A stretch of 64,000 nt of DNA. It comes from the human T2T-CHM13v2.0 reference genome, Homo sapiens. This document shows, one piece after another, positions 13,229 to 26,241 of this stretch (positions within the stretch are counted from its first letter, which is position 1; each line of letters opens with the position of its first letter). The position numbers and the translations under genes are program-made. The notes under the pieces are model-generated. The model saw only the letters and a list, made by a program, of their open reading frames with translations. It was not told the DNA's origin and searched no databases. Location: assembly GCF_009914755.1 (NCBI RefSeq), contig NC_060929.1. One strand, 5' to 3'.

Positions 13229-14445
13229 TTCCTTTGTTTTTTTTTACTTAGAAGTCACCTTCTCAATGGAGCCTTCCCTGGCCACACAGTCTGAAGTTTC
13301 AAAACTTGCTCTTCTTTCCACCTACCAGTTGCCAACAATTAAATTCCCCTTTCTCTGATTTTTTTTTTATCCTTAACATTTATCACAGTGTAATCTACTT
13401 TATATTTTATTTATTTGTTTACTGTTGGTCTCTTCAACTAGAATATATTTTCCACTGGAGGTAAGCTCTTGCCTGCTTCAATTACTACTGTATCCCCAGT
13501 GCCTACAGCAGTCTTTTATATGACAGGTACCTAGGGTGTATCTATGAATGAATGATTTAAACAACTAGACAGAAATAAAACATGTCTAATATGTAGTGAG
13601 TTTACTGAAAATAGCTAAAATACTAATAGCATCAATAAATTGAATCAGGGGTCCTTTCACTAATAAAAATATGAACAATATATTGCAAACAAAAAGAAAG
13701 TTTTTTCTTAATTGGTAAAATAGTCACATTAAAGACTTTATTTCATTTAAGCCTTGATTTCACATAAACTACAAGAAATCAAAATATTTGTGTAAAGAAA
13801 TAAGGGAAGCGTCCTTATTTTGACTTTATCATCTTCATTTGTAAGCATATATGTATACTTATATATGTAGATATAAAACATGTATTAATATACAAAGTCA
13901 AATACATAATTATAGAACTTAAATTTTCCATTTTAAATGAAAGTGATTATTAGATGCATAAGACTTTCCTGATGGACTCATAGAGACACAATCGGTTCAT
14001 AGGCAATTGTTTAGCTTGGCTTTCACCACATTCTGAAGTTCACAATATCATGCATCAAAAACGTATTGAAACATCGAAGAACTGGCAATACCAGGCACTC
14101 ATTGTTATATAGCAGCAATAGCATGAAGCTGAATAGCTGCTGCAACATTTGGAAGAATTTTATGTTCCCCAGTTTGCTGCAGTATGTGTAATATGCAGGC
14201 TCTTCCCTTCTGGACAACTGCTGAAATGCTCTCTCTTTTTGTTTCTCCCCATGATTCTCTCATCACTAGGTTGTGTTTTCATTACTTCCTCTTATCAAGT
14301 ATCCTGTCACCCTTGTACTTCATTTTGTTTTTATTTTTATTTTTTGGCACATCTTGCTACTCCAGTAGACCAATCTATTTGGTCACAGCCCTTGTAGCCA
14401 GATCTTCTGCTCTAAATTTTTGCCTCTAAAATGATTCCTGGCTAT

Positions 14446-14601
14446 CATTTATTTCTTATTTATTTATTTATTATTTATTTAAATAGAGATGAACTCTTCC
14501 TGTGTTGCCCAGGCAGTCTCAAATTCCAGGGCTCAAAAGATCCACCTGCCTCGACCTTCCAAAGTGCTGGGATTATAGGTATGAACCACGGTACCCCTAG
14601 C
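14446..14601 (-). mobile_element. FLAM (Alu monomer)
   Basis: (TTTA)n tail, then a single left-arm monomer (tagagatg...gttgcccaggc...caaagtgctgggattataggt). Confidence 0.85.
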
Positions 14602-16064
14602 TGTGATTTATAATCAAGAGCTTGCTTCAAGCATGGCATGTTCCACCATTTATTTTTACAATTTTTCTGTCAATTATGCTGCATCAAGCAAGCCCTATAT
14701 TACAAAAATGATGCCAAATCAACAATGTCCCCAATAGCAATTATGTCTGAAGTACTGATTTTTCATTGAGGATAATCTTGTATCATCATTACTGTATCTT
14801 ATCACCCTGATTAGATAAAACTGTTTAAGTAAAAGACTTCTATTTTATGTATTTGGGGCAATAAAGATATGAGAAGAAATTTAAAAAATAATAAGTTAAA
14901 AAATAAAATTTGCCAAATCCCAAGATTATTCCAGAATAAACTAAAAAGTAGATGCATTTCTTGAAAAACTCACTTAAAAACACGAAAGAATAAAGTTCAA
15001 AAGGCTAGTCCAAAAAAACCAATATTAAGATGGAAAGTGGGGCCTATAAGATATATAAAATAATCATAACAGAATTCTGCAAGTCTAGACTATTTTGGGA
15101 AAGAAATGTACATTTGTCTATTATCAAAACATAGAAGCTCCATCATCAAGTCCCGTGTAAAAATAAACATTCATTGGATTTTCAGATTTTATTTTAAAGT
15201 TTGCAATGTATATATAAAATCATATTGCCAATCCTTTATAAACCCATACCCAACATAAAATATGTGAGTTGCTGATTTGGTAGTTCATTTTTCCCTGGGT
15301 ATAACAAATGTCTCTTGCAAAAAATAGTTAATATTTGCTGACCTAAAAGCAAACCTTATGATTTGTTTTGCATTTTACAAGTTTTAGCTCACCTAGAATT
15401 GTCTAGATTTCTGGGGAGCTTGTTTTGCGTTCGGCAAATCTTCTCAGGGAGGTTCAATCACACCCATTCTTCTAAACCTTTACAATCTGATTAGATTATC
15501 TTCCCTCTCTCTTGTAAAGATTTAAGTAAATGCCCTTTTAAGCTCAATCATTAAAGTAGAAATAGTTTAAATTACACATGGTCACAATACTAACCACAGA
15601 TAAGAAGAGTTTCAGGAGAGATTCAAAATAATACAACAAAATATCAGGAGTTTAATTCTTAGGGAAATTATCAGAAAAGCTTATCTTCTCTCACCTGAAC
15701 TGATAATATAATACTGATTACACTGATTTAAAGATGTAAGGAATGATGATAGAATATTAACTACACATAAAATAGAAGAAGTGTGTATTTGATTTGGTTT
15801 TTAATCGAGTCTGGTTCTTCAACACCTCTGTAAATAAAACAGGTTGGGATAAAAGGTTAATTGTTATTTATAAAATATTTTACAGTTTTCTTGTGTATTT
15901 GCTATGCTATTAAGGGAGAAATTTTAAATAAACACTTAACCATCATATTAATCTGAAAATATTACATATTTGTTGCTACTTTAGAAGGAAAACATTCTTA
16001 TCTGCGATTTAAAAATGAAAAAGGACTTTTTAGATAAATATTTATTAGCAGACTTTAAAATATT

Positions 16065-16215
16065 CAAGCAGAATTCAATTTTCTGCTTTGCGCTTTCCAG
16101 TTACATAACCTTGGTTTCTTAAATTATGTAATTTTTCTAAGCCTCAATTCCTACATATAAAGAATCTGTGATAAGCCCAGTGTCTGACCTAGAGCAAGTA
16201 TTCCATAAATGGTAG
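16065..16215 (+). mobile_element. MIR fragment
   Basis: Core-like taaccttgg...ttctaagcctcaattcc...tataaa and 3' cagtgtctgacctagagcaagtattccataaatggtag. Confidence 0.55.
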
Positions 16216-16289
16216 ATTTTTGTTTCCAAGAGCTTTAGAATAATGTGTTTAATGGTGTCCAGTAACCAAAGAAGAACATTGCATTAGTT

Positions 16290-16620
16290 TTCTTTCTTTC
16301 TCTTTATAAAATTAGTATTACTTTTGAGACAGTGTTTAGCTCTGTTGCCAAGGCTGAAGTACAGTGGCGTGAACACTGCTAACTGCAGCCTCGAACTTCT
16401 GAGGGGGCTTGACCTTCTGGGCTGAAGCCATCCTCCTGCCTCCACTTCCTAAGTAGCTGAGACCACAGGTGCCTGCCACTGTGCCCATTTTTTAATTGTT
16501 TTGTAGAGACGCCATCTTGCCATGTTGCTCACTCTGGCCTCAAACTCCTGGGCACAAGCAGTTGTCTCACTTTGGCCTCTCAAAGTGCTGGGATTAGAGG
16601 TGTGAGCTACCACACCTGGC
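16290..16620 (-). mobile_element. AluJ
   Basis: Diverged dimer with J-type ctgcagcctcgaac and ctcctgggcacaagca; small internal duplication near 16390-16420. Confidence 0.9.
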
Positions 16621-17240
16621 TTAAATTTGAATATCTGCAACATCTCTGTATCATTGAGAATTGTGTTGAGGTGCATGTAACTGGTATCTGACAATGGTAG
16701 TGTAAAGTAATTAGGGGCTCATTTCCCCCATGTGATTATAAGTTTGTTTCCCAGGATTGGTGCGGCCACTGAAGGAAATATTCAAAGAATGCAATCCAGT
16801 GATAGTGACAGAAGATGCAAGAAAGAACAATTTACCCTGTATCTTGAACTGTATGTCCCAGCATGTCCTCCATCATTGACCTTATGGAAAAAAAAACAAT
16901 CTCTATTTAGTGTCTTTTAATTTTTATGACATTTAACTTCCACCTTCTTGAATGTACGTATCTTAGTAGGAAAACTATATTGTTTTGCTTTCCTATTCAA
17001 TTGGTGCAATTAAAATGGTGTCACCAGTTACAAATATAGTTAACATGAGTATGAGCAGAAGGTCAAAATAATAAATGTCACTGGATTGTATGTTGTGACA
17101 GAGGACCAGAGAGTCAACACTGGCAAGAGTGAAGGCAACAAATCTGTGCTGCAATCGTTGCTAAGCAATTTGAAACTGCTTTTCACCCTACCAACTAAGA
17201 GAAATAAAGAAGAACACGGACTAAATCGGTAGATACTTAC

Positions 17241-17269
17241 CAAATGCCAGGACTAGTGTTGATGTGTTC
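17241..17269 (-). other. Candidate 29-nt exon of an unidentified minus-strand transcript
   Basis: Minus strand reads cagctaaatgtcatttttgtattttgcag|GAACACATCAACACTAGTCCTGGCATTTG|gtaagtatc: branch-like motif, pyrimidine tract, AG, and consensus G|GTAAGT, in non-repeat DNA. Confidence 0.45.
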
Positions 17270-17809
17270 CTGCAAAATACAAAAATGACATTTAGCTGTG
17301 ATTGGGACTACCCCATGCTTGAGTTTGTGCTATTCCACTATCATCTGCCATGATCGCCCTGTTTGTGCATAGGACATACTGATGACTGGAGATACGATCG
17401 TGGCCACTCTGCTTCCTTCTTCGAATCTTTACTGGGTGTAATAATTTCTGCAATTCCTCATGACATAGGGCATTACACCTGATTAGTGACTTGGCTGGAA
17501 GGACAATTTAGGGGCTTTTGCTTGACCTTTCCTACCATAAGAGCCCTTAAATCCTAAGTTAGCAGAATCAACATAAATTTTATTTCAGGTGCTGAATATA
17601 CCATTGCAGTTATATATTTATAACTGCAGTGAACCAGGAAAATAACCAAGCAGTTGTTTCAGGAATCCATGAGACTCATTAGGAGATTAATTTTCATCCC
17701 AGCTCTATTTATCACCTGAACCTCATGAACCCTGGTTCTAATGAGAGGCTCCTGATGGCTCCTTGAGTTCCATGGTTTCAATTGCAGCTGAGATGTACGG
17801 CTCATTATA

Positions 17810-18190
17810 TGAAAGGCAACCTACAACACCCAAAGGTTCCCACCTCTTGATACATACATTTTGTGCAATCTCTTATCTTAAGTCTCCTTTCTTAAGCCTC
17901 TTAAATGAGCCTCTTTACTCATTTCTCATGAACAGAATACCGCAAAAGTGATGTGATTAGCTTTTGAGATTAGGTAGCAAAGAATTTGTGGCTTACATCT
18001 TAGATGCCTGCTCATACCCTCTTGCTTGGTCACTATAAAGTAATTAAGTTACCATATTTTTTAGTTGCCCTATGTAAAGGCCTGCATAAAAAGAACTTAG
18101 ATAAGTTTCTGAAACAGTCAGCAAGGAACTGAATTCCACAGTACAAAAGCCCACACAACATAAAATCCTGTCAACAACTACGGGAGAAAT
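17810..18190 (+). mobile_element. MaLR LTR (MLT1E/F-like), 3' truncated
   Basis: ttcccacctcttgatacatac, aacagaataccgcaaaagtgatg, ttgagattagg, cagcaaggaactga. Confidence 0.7.
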
Positions 18191-18215
18191 GGTTGTGTAT
18201 TTCTCTGACTGCTTG

Positions 18216-19310
18216 CATGGTGTTTCATTAAATATTTAACGACCAGAATTGTGCACATAGTTACAGAATGAATCATAGTTGATATTTTTATTTATATTTT
18301 GGTTATACTAACAAGTAAGACAAAAATAAAACAACAAAGATACATGTGATATCTTCTTGCACTCTTTACTAGCATTTTTGCTAAGTTTGACAATAGTTTT
18401 AAAATATTCAAATAGTTCCTCAAGTATTTTTGTGTTCTTTACAATTTAAAAAATAACAAGATACTTTAAAAATTTAATATACATTAACATTTTTTATCAC
18501 TTAAATATAGACATAAGTGTAGACAGTCAACATAATAACAAATTGAGAAGTGATTTGTACCATTTGTGGTGTTCTCTCACTCTGGCTGATTTCAAGCTAC
18601 CAATTTCACTGATCATAAAGTTGAAAAGTTATATTTAGTACCACAATACTTTTTAGTATTTCTGCATCACCTGAACAATAGAGATATCAATAATCTCTAA
18701 AGCTTAGATAATATCAAAATGAAATAAATTCTTAGAAAGTATAGGTTTTGAATATTAGTTTTTTTGAGGTTAATATTATTTTGATGTAGGTTTATATAAT
18801 TAAACTTTTAATATTGCTTTAGTTTTACAATTGTCTCACGTAATTTCTGAAATTTTATGTTGCTGTCAATCCACAGAAGCAAGTGAACCTTCAGCCAAAA
18901 TTTAGTTCCGATGTCAAGACTGATGATGTCATACATACCAAGAGGGTATGAAAAGTTTATTATACACATAATGAGGCTTTCTGGGAAGAGTAGGGCAGAT
19001 TCCCAAGCAGGCGTAAAACAAGCTTAAGAGAACAGGGAAAGAAGATTGGTTTGGCTGGCTTTTTTGTTGTTACAGGCTTGGGGTAGGGTGAGAATTGCCT
19101 TACACAGTTCAAGGATTACATTGCTTGAATTTCTTTCCAATGCCAATGAAGAGAGCATCCAAAACTTTTTCTCAGCTTACCCAGATGTGGAACAGAAAAG
19201 GGTAGTTGGTGAGGCCTGAAAGCTGTCAGCAATGACACATCAAAATAATGTCAGACTCTTGAAAATCAGTTTTCATGGTCTATTATGCTCCAGCTCCAGG
19301 ACACCACAGC
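18216..19310 (+). mobile_element. MER63-like hAT-Blackjack element split by an LTR
   Basis: ggctgatttcaagctaccaa, agcttagataatatcaaaatg, gtaggtttatataatt; the right end cagctccaggacaccacag resumes after the LTR. Confidence 0.7.
18858..19260 (-). mobile_element. ERV1-class solo LTR (family uncertain)
   Basis: TG start, reverse poly(A) signal tttatt near 18956, caaaataatgtcagactc resembling the reverse of the ERV1 gactccattttg motif. Confidence 0.55.
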
Positions 19311-20269
19311 TTGTGTATGAATTGGCAAGATTACGCAGATTGTCCAAAATCAAAGATATGTTTTGAATCTGTCCAATTATCATTAAAACTTTTGCTCTAC
19401 AGGCTGAATTTCAAAGTAATTATTCAACAACCTAAAGTTCAATTAATTTTATTCCTTTTTTGCAACCAAAATTTCACAGTTTTTCTTTAAGAGTCTAAGT
19501 TTTCTATAAATACCTCAAAAATATAAAGTAGCTTTTGTGTTCTGGGGTAAGAAAATATTCTAGCAGTGTCAGCATAATGATTCAACAAAAGTTTTCAGAT
19601 TCATATGGTTATTTCCATAAGCTTAGACTAGCATTTAAAAAAATAAAACAACTTCTTGGTTTGCCTTCGAAGCTATCAATTTATTTAATTGTTTTAAGCA
19701 TGAAAGTTGGTTCATGTATAGTAAGTTAAAATGTAAATTAAACTTGAACCTGAAAATGCAAATATTAAACTTCTTATGTGAGATTTATTTTTAAATCATA
19801 TGTGGTTGATCAAGTTCAACTTACATAAATATTATTCAAATATATTTTCCATTATATATTGATTATGGCCAACTTATTTTAACTTGATTTGCATGATACA
19901 GAAATAATATATTTAGTCAACCAAATAGTTTATTAGAGTACAGGTTGGATTAATATTATTTTTTAAAGGGCAATACATCATATTAAATACAAAAGCTTTG
20001 GATTATGGTAATTAAATTATGACAGCTACATTAATTGCAACTTATATTAATATGACATTTATTATACAGAAAAATAAAGAACAAGGAGCCACAATAAAGT
20101 AATTCACAGAAGTTGTCTTTTAATTAAGACAATATTTATTGAAATTCTAGAGAAACATAAAAAAACAGAATTTAGAGTAGTTAAAAACATGAAAGGATTT
20201 TTTCCTAGAGACCAATGTTTTAGCATGCCGTGTTTAACATCTATCTTCCCAAATTAAATTAATATAATC

Positions 20270-20564
<295 letters not shown>

Positions 20565-23306
20565 CAGTCATTGTCTTCTAAGGTTAAGCTCAGAAAAGAC
20601 TTAGAGACATGGGAGATGAGAGATTTGGGGATAAGTGAAAGCACATAAACATTCCCAATATTTAATAAATATAAAACAATTTTTATTCTTAATTTCAGAA
20701 ATGCATTTTTCTATCTTCTTCCCCTACCTCTAAAACATATGCTTATTTGACTGTTAGTAACAATATTTCCAAAAGTGTTAGCTTATTTGTTTATTTCTCT
20801 ATTAAGAAATTATCTCAAACATTGCCTTCAAAATAATATCTATATTCTTAATCAACTGTATTCTAGGGTATCCTCGACATGTACTTAAATCCACTTGCTA
20901 ATTGCAATCATGTTTACTTTCCCTTTGTAAATTATATTTAGATTAATTTTTTTCTATCATTGTTAACTATGAGCTAATAATATTCTGTAAGTTAATTAAA
21001 GTCATTTTATTGGTTGAATGTCATTGCAGGCCATAAATTACCAGAAATGTAATTTATATATATCTCTCTCTCTCTCTTAAAAACAGTAGTGTTTATATGA
21101 TACTACTTACACTCACAATAGCAATAATGCATACTTACGATATATCTGCTGATCATTAGTAAACAATTGGATTCATGGTCAGAAAACTAATAATTTACTT
21201 TTCATATTACTTTTCGGTATAATGCCAGAAAAAATTACACAATATTAACTAAAAATATGCATCATTATGCATGAATTCCATACATAGATAATAAATACGG
21301 AAGATTTAAGCCTTATCAAATTTGGCAACTTAATTTTTTTTTGCTTTTTATGGACGTTAGAGTACTTGAATACTTTTATGAAAATACAGGAAACATATAA
21401 AAATATTACTTTAGCAAATAGGCCCATAAATTATAATATATATAACAATTTTGTGTAACATAACCTCCAAGGATCTATAAACCAATGATATTTACCTGGA
21501 AATAATTGAGAATTATAAAAATTTAAATAAATTCTGTCACTGTTCCAAGGTTTATGCAAGAAGGGAAATCTTTATTTCTGTGGCAAATCATCTTCCTTGC
21601 TGCCAATAAAATTATCAAGTGTGAAGAGTAACTAGATTATATTTGAATATGTTAAAAATATTCAGATAGACAAAATTAAATCGTATGTTTGCATATGTCT
21701 AAATTATTGTTAAGAAATTCAGTATATAAACTCCAAAGAGTGAGAAAATTTCTCCTGTGAGACAGAAAAAAAAAATACTCTTTTGAAATTTACCTCATTT
21801 AAATTCCACTAGATTAAAGGATGGTTTTAAATCAAACATGTATAAATATGTAATCAACTCTCTTTTAACTCCCCATGTTCCTCACATATTTTCAAGTGAT
21901 TTAATCAATACTTGGCTAGATGACAGATGTTAACATCAATGAACAATATGGTGTTATTAGTATCTGCAAATAGACAACAGAATAATAAAAATTCCATACT
22001 GAGTACCAATTTCTTAAATTCTAACTTTATAGTTGCTAACTTTGAAGAGGAGTTATTAAAGGTAACATTTTGTTTTAAAACTCACTATACAAAATGATTT
22101 TTTAAAATACAGCATTCATGTTTTTAAAAATGAAAATGTTTATGAGCAGTCATGATACAAAATATGGAGGATTTAATTATTCATGGGTGTAATCATATTG
22201 GTACTAAAATAATGTACCCCAACAATCTGAAATCTAATATAAATATATTGTGAATGCCTTGGCACTTCCTTAAAGTACCTAGGAAAAAGCTTCAACATGA
22301 TAAACATTTTTTAGAGCTGTGTGTTGGAAATAGAGGATCCGATGTTAGCATAGTACTTTGGTTAGGAAAGTAACAACCCTGAGTATATTATTGGGGCATA
22401 AGTATATGTAAACAGTTTATTCTCTCACTTACTGTTCCTGCTGAAACAGGCACTGGAGCCCAAATAGAAAAATATTTTTTGGAAAAGATTTTCTTGTGTA
22501 TGTGACCTAATTTGTAAGTATGAACTGTTCAATAAAGGACAGTATGTGATTTATTTTTCCCCTTAAGCAAACTGTCCCTTAAATTTTTATAAATCTCAAA
22601 TTTCCACAAATGTAAGTTCATGTCTGAGAGCACAATCATCATTCTAAACATTGTCACAAATCAAATTTATTAAATCACATTTTTCTTTCCTACCCAATTG
22701 GAAGAACTGAAGACATGAAAAACTTGATTTTCTTTCCAGTGAACTTTGAAAGTGAAGTGGAGAGGAAAAAAAATGTTCTTGGCTCTTTTTCTGGAGTTGA
22801 AATATCTCCTATGCACAGCTTATACTCTGTCTCTCCACATGAATCTTATATTCCATCTAAACTCTTCTCTTGAAAAGTAATTTGCAACTATTTTGTCCTT
22901 AAGACACTATAATAGGTATGGAATGTTTTAAGATTTATAGTGTCTACGTGAAAGACTTAACACATCCAGAGAGTCAATATTGCCAGATACAAAGAATACT
23001 TGAGACCCAAGGACCTGACCTAACCCAACATGATCCATGGGAAAATGGAATTATTTCGTTAAACAGCCATATATAATCACTTAACATTTGGAGATAGTAA
23101 TTTCTAGTATTTAAAAAATTAACTATCATTTTACTTTAAAACAATAGACTTTTATTTAATTAGATTTCTCAATATCCCTTGAAGAGAGATTTTTTTGTTT
23201 TCCTCTATTCAAATACTAAGGAATACACAATCACAGTGAGTTTGTTCTTATCGAAACTTAATTCACTTGCCTTTATGAAAGAATAATCTCACCATGTCCC
23301 TTTCTT

Positions 23307-23530
23307 GTAATGGGGTTTAGGACATGCTACCCCCAAAATCACACTTTGGCTTTTAGGAAAACAGCAGAGGCAGGAAGGTCATGCTCTGACCTTCTCTTGC
23401 CCTTCTCTCCTGAAGAAAGTCATAAAAGAATTCTAGGCCCTTTCCCCAGAGTAGGTCATTAAGACTTTCATTCTAGATGTACTCTTTCTATACATGGGGA
23501 GAAAGAACATCCTTATTCTCGAAGACACTA
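23307..23530 (+). mobile_element. ERV1 LTR 5' fragment (MER34/MER39-like)
   Basis: tgtaatggggtttaggacatgctaccccc, aaaacagcagaggcaggaaggtc, cccttctctcctgaag. Confidence 0.65.
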
Positions 23531-23580
23531 TGATGCCTGTCTCTATGTCCTTCTATGCCCTCATTAAAATGACAGAACTA

Positions 23581-23860
23581 GGCCAGGTGTGGTGGCTCAC
23601 ACCTGTAATCCCAGTACTTAGGGAGGCCAAGGCGGGTGGATCACAAGATCAGGAGATGGAGACCACTCCGGCCAACATGGTGAAACCCCATCTCTACTAA
23701 AAATACAAAAATTAACTGGTCATGGTGGTGCACTCCTGTAATCCCAGCTACTTGGGAGACTGAGGCAGGAAAATCACTTGAACCCAGGAGGCAGAGGTAG
23801 CATGAGCGGAGATCGTGCCACTGCACTCCAGCCTGGGTGACAAGAGCAAACCTCCATCTC

Positions 23861-23894
<34 letters not shown>

Positions 23895-23939
23895 TACAAA
23901 TATATATATATATATAAAAATATATATATATATATATAT
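23581..23939 (+). mobile_element. AluS with A/(TA)n tail
   Basis: Full dimer; TSD cagaacta (23573-23580, 23940-23947) encloses the (TA)n expansion. Confidence 0.95.
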
Positions 23940-24329
23940 CAGAACTAAATCCTTTACTGGTTAGGAAGGTTTAACTGATTTCTTGGAGAGAGAAAGATAA
24001 AATGTCTGTCTGTTGATGGTTAAAAGAGAAGCAAGTCAGCAGCAGCAAAGAATATATATGTGGGGTTTGCAACTTACAAAAAAGCATGTTAGCAATCCAG
24101 GCAAATTCTAAACTCACAGGCAGGAACGATATGGGATCGGAACAGTGGAGTTAAATGAAAGTTCATATGCACAGCAATTGCATCCCTCATTGTCCCAAAT
24201 GCTCTCCCCTAATGAATCCTAATCCTTACTCAGAGTGAATTAGAATGCACAACTCATATCGCCAGAATTAAAGAAAAAATTAAAACAAGACTATTCTCTA
24301 AAGAAAGTAAAATAAATGACTCTGTGAAA

Positions 24330-24990
24330 CTTAGAATTTCAGGGTACAATATATTGTATCAACAGACTGTTATTTCTTTCCTGTCATTCCCTCAAAATGG
24401 GTTTATTCCCTCAAAATGGATTTATTGGTCTTTCCCGAAAGGTTATAAACCTTTTCAAATAACAATTTTATATGTTTTGTTATTTTTTCTAAGCTCAAAA
24501 CCTTTTCTTCTGTTTTATTTTTAAATTTTCTTCTGTTTTTTGTTATTAATCTTGTTCATTTGCTTTCTGATGTATATATTAAGCATGCATCATTTTCTAA
24601 CATCAATTCTACATAGTCTAAAGACTTTATCTCTATATCCTTATTTTCTCAATGTAGAATTGCTTCTCAGATTTACCCTTTACATTGCTACATTTTCTAA
24701 TGTTGCCAATTTTCTTCTATATTGTTTTTAACATTATTTTAATTTGGCCTTTTCTTTTGCTTTTATGCAATTTGTTGTCTTCTTATTCATTTCTACTTTA
24801 TCTTCTTTTGTTTCCTTTTTATTTCAACCTAACCTATATTCCTTAATTTTTACTAATATTTCATGGAAATCTTCTTTACAAACTTTTCTGGCCCTAGGTT
24901 TTACAAAGTACATTTTTGAGGTTCAAATTTTCTGAATCTTGTAATACTTTATTAAATTTATCTACAATATTCGAATACTTTTTCCCTCCT
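24330..24990 (-). mobile_element. Old L1/HAL1-like relic
   Basis: Very T-rich strand asymmetry resembling antisense old L1 5'/ORF1 sequence; no diagnostic motif. Confidence 0.35.
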
Positions 24991-25484
24991 TTCTTTTATA
25001 CCCCTTCATCCCTTCATTCCTTGCTTCCTTTTTTTCCCCTCATTTTCTTCCTTTCTTCCCTCCTTCCTTTTTACTTTAATTTGCCCTAACATGAAAATGC
25101 TCTGTATTGATCAGGGTGTTAAGGAACAAAGGAGTGCAGGTTATTCTTGGTCCTTAGTAGTAGATCAATTACTTCCTTGATTCCTGTAGCAAGAGATCAG
25201 TGATTGCACCACATTTTGTCAAATTTGTATGTGATATATTCACATATGATCACATCTTGAGATGTGCTTGAGATGAAGCACGTACAGATTAGTACCCCCA
25301 AAGCCCTCTGCTAACAGGACCATTTACGTCAATATCCAGAGCTTATGGTCATTACATACCTCAGGATGTAGCCTCAACTATCAAAAACCTTTTACTCTCT
25401 GCCCAGTGGTTTTCTGAAAACCTTAATAATAGCATGAATTATTTGTTGGTAAAGACACTGGCTGAATGAGAAAAAGTAAAGCAT

Positions 25485-25841
25485 GGTATTAGTCTTTTCT
25501 CCTGTTGCTATAAAGAATTACCTGAGACCGGATAATTTATAAAGAAAAGAGGTTTAATTGGCTCACAGTTCCACACGACCTACAGGAAGCAAGGCTGGGG
25601 AAGCCTCAGGAAACTTTCAATCATGGAGGAAGGTGAAGGGGAAGCAAGAACATCTTAGATGGCAAGAGCAGGAGGAAGAGACAGAAGGGGAAGGTGCTAC
25701 ACACTTTTAAACAACCAGATCTCATGATAACTCACGCACTCTCAGAACAGCAAGGGGACCTCCCACCAGGCCCCTTCTCTAACTTTGGAGATTACAATTC
25801 AACATGAGATTGGGGTGGGGACACAGATCCAAACCATATCA
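25485..25841 (-). mobile_element. MaLR solo LTR (THE1D/MSTA-like)
   Basis: gtattagtc...taatttataaagaaaagaggtttaattggctcacagttc...gggacacagatccaaaccatatca; 5-bp TSD agcat on both sides. Confidence 0.9.
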
Positions 25842-26241
25842 AGCATGATGAAGGATAAATGGTCTACCTCTCTACAGGCAGATGATCAAGAATAGACCAA
25901 TAGTCATGTTTATTAATTTCATCAGTTTGTGCAGGTCTTAAAATTTCATGTGAGTTTAAACATTTGCTGTTAGAATGTTTTAATAGTTTGCATGAGTATT
26001 TTCTTGTAAGATGTAAACAAATCTATACCAAGAGTTTGTTGTTAAGTGCTATTTTAAAACAGATTCTTTGAATATAATTTTAATTGGGAAATGCATCTGC
26101 CAAAATAACCAAATATTTAAACCCTTTAGCTAACACATTATCTTCTTAAGCTAATGTATGTTGCAATCTAAACAAAAATTTAGAACATTGCTTAATGGTG
26201 AGAATTTTGGAACTCTTGACACATTATTCCCTCCAAACCCA

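Larger units (their letters stand above)
12090..13556 (+). mobile_element. L2a fragment interrupted by MER45A, MER5 and Alu
   Basis: cagccagtgagat, ccttcttgctgttcc, gtcaccttctcaatggagccttccctggccac, ctgtatccccagtgcct, tgaatgaatga terminus. Confidence 0.7.

Noticed and set aside
23581-23870. Alu with an Sc/Y-like left arm and an Sq/Sp-like right arm (possible gene-conversion mosaic)
   Set aside because: Minor AluS subfamilies may carry this combination; it cannot be resolved by eye.
24387-24424. 19-bp tandem duplication attccctcaaaatgg(g/a)ttt; similar short duplications near 46733, 46858 and 56195
   Set aside because: Ordinary slippage duplications with no further structure.
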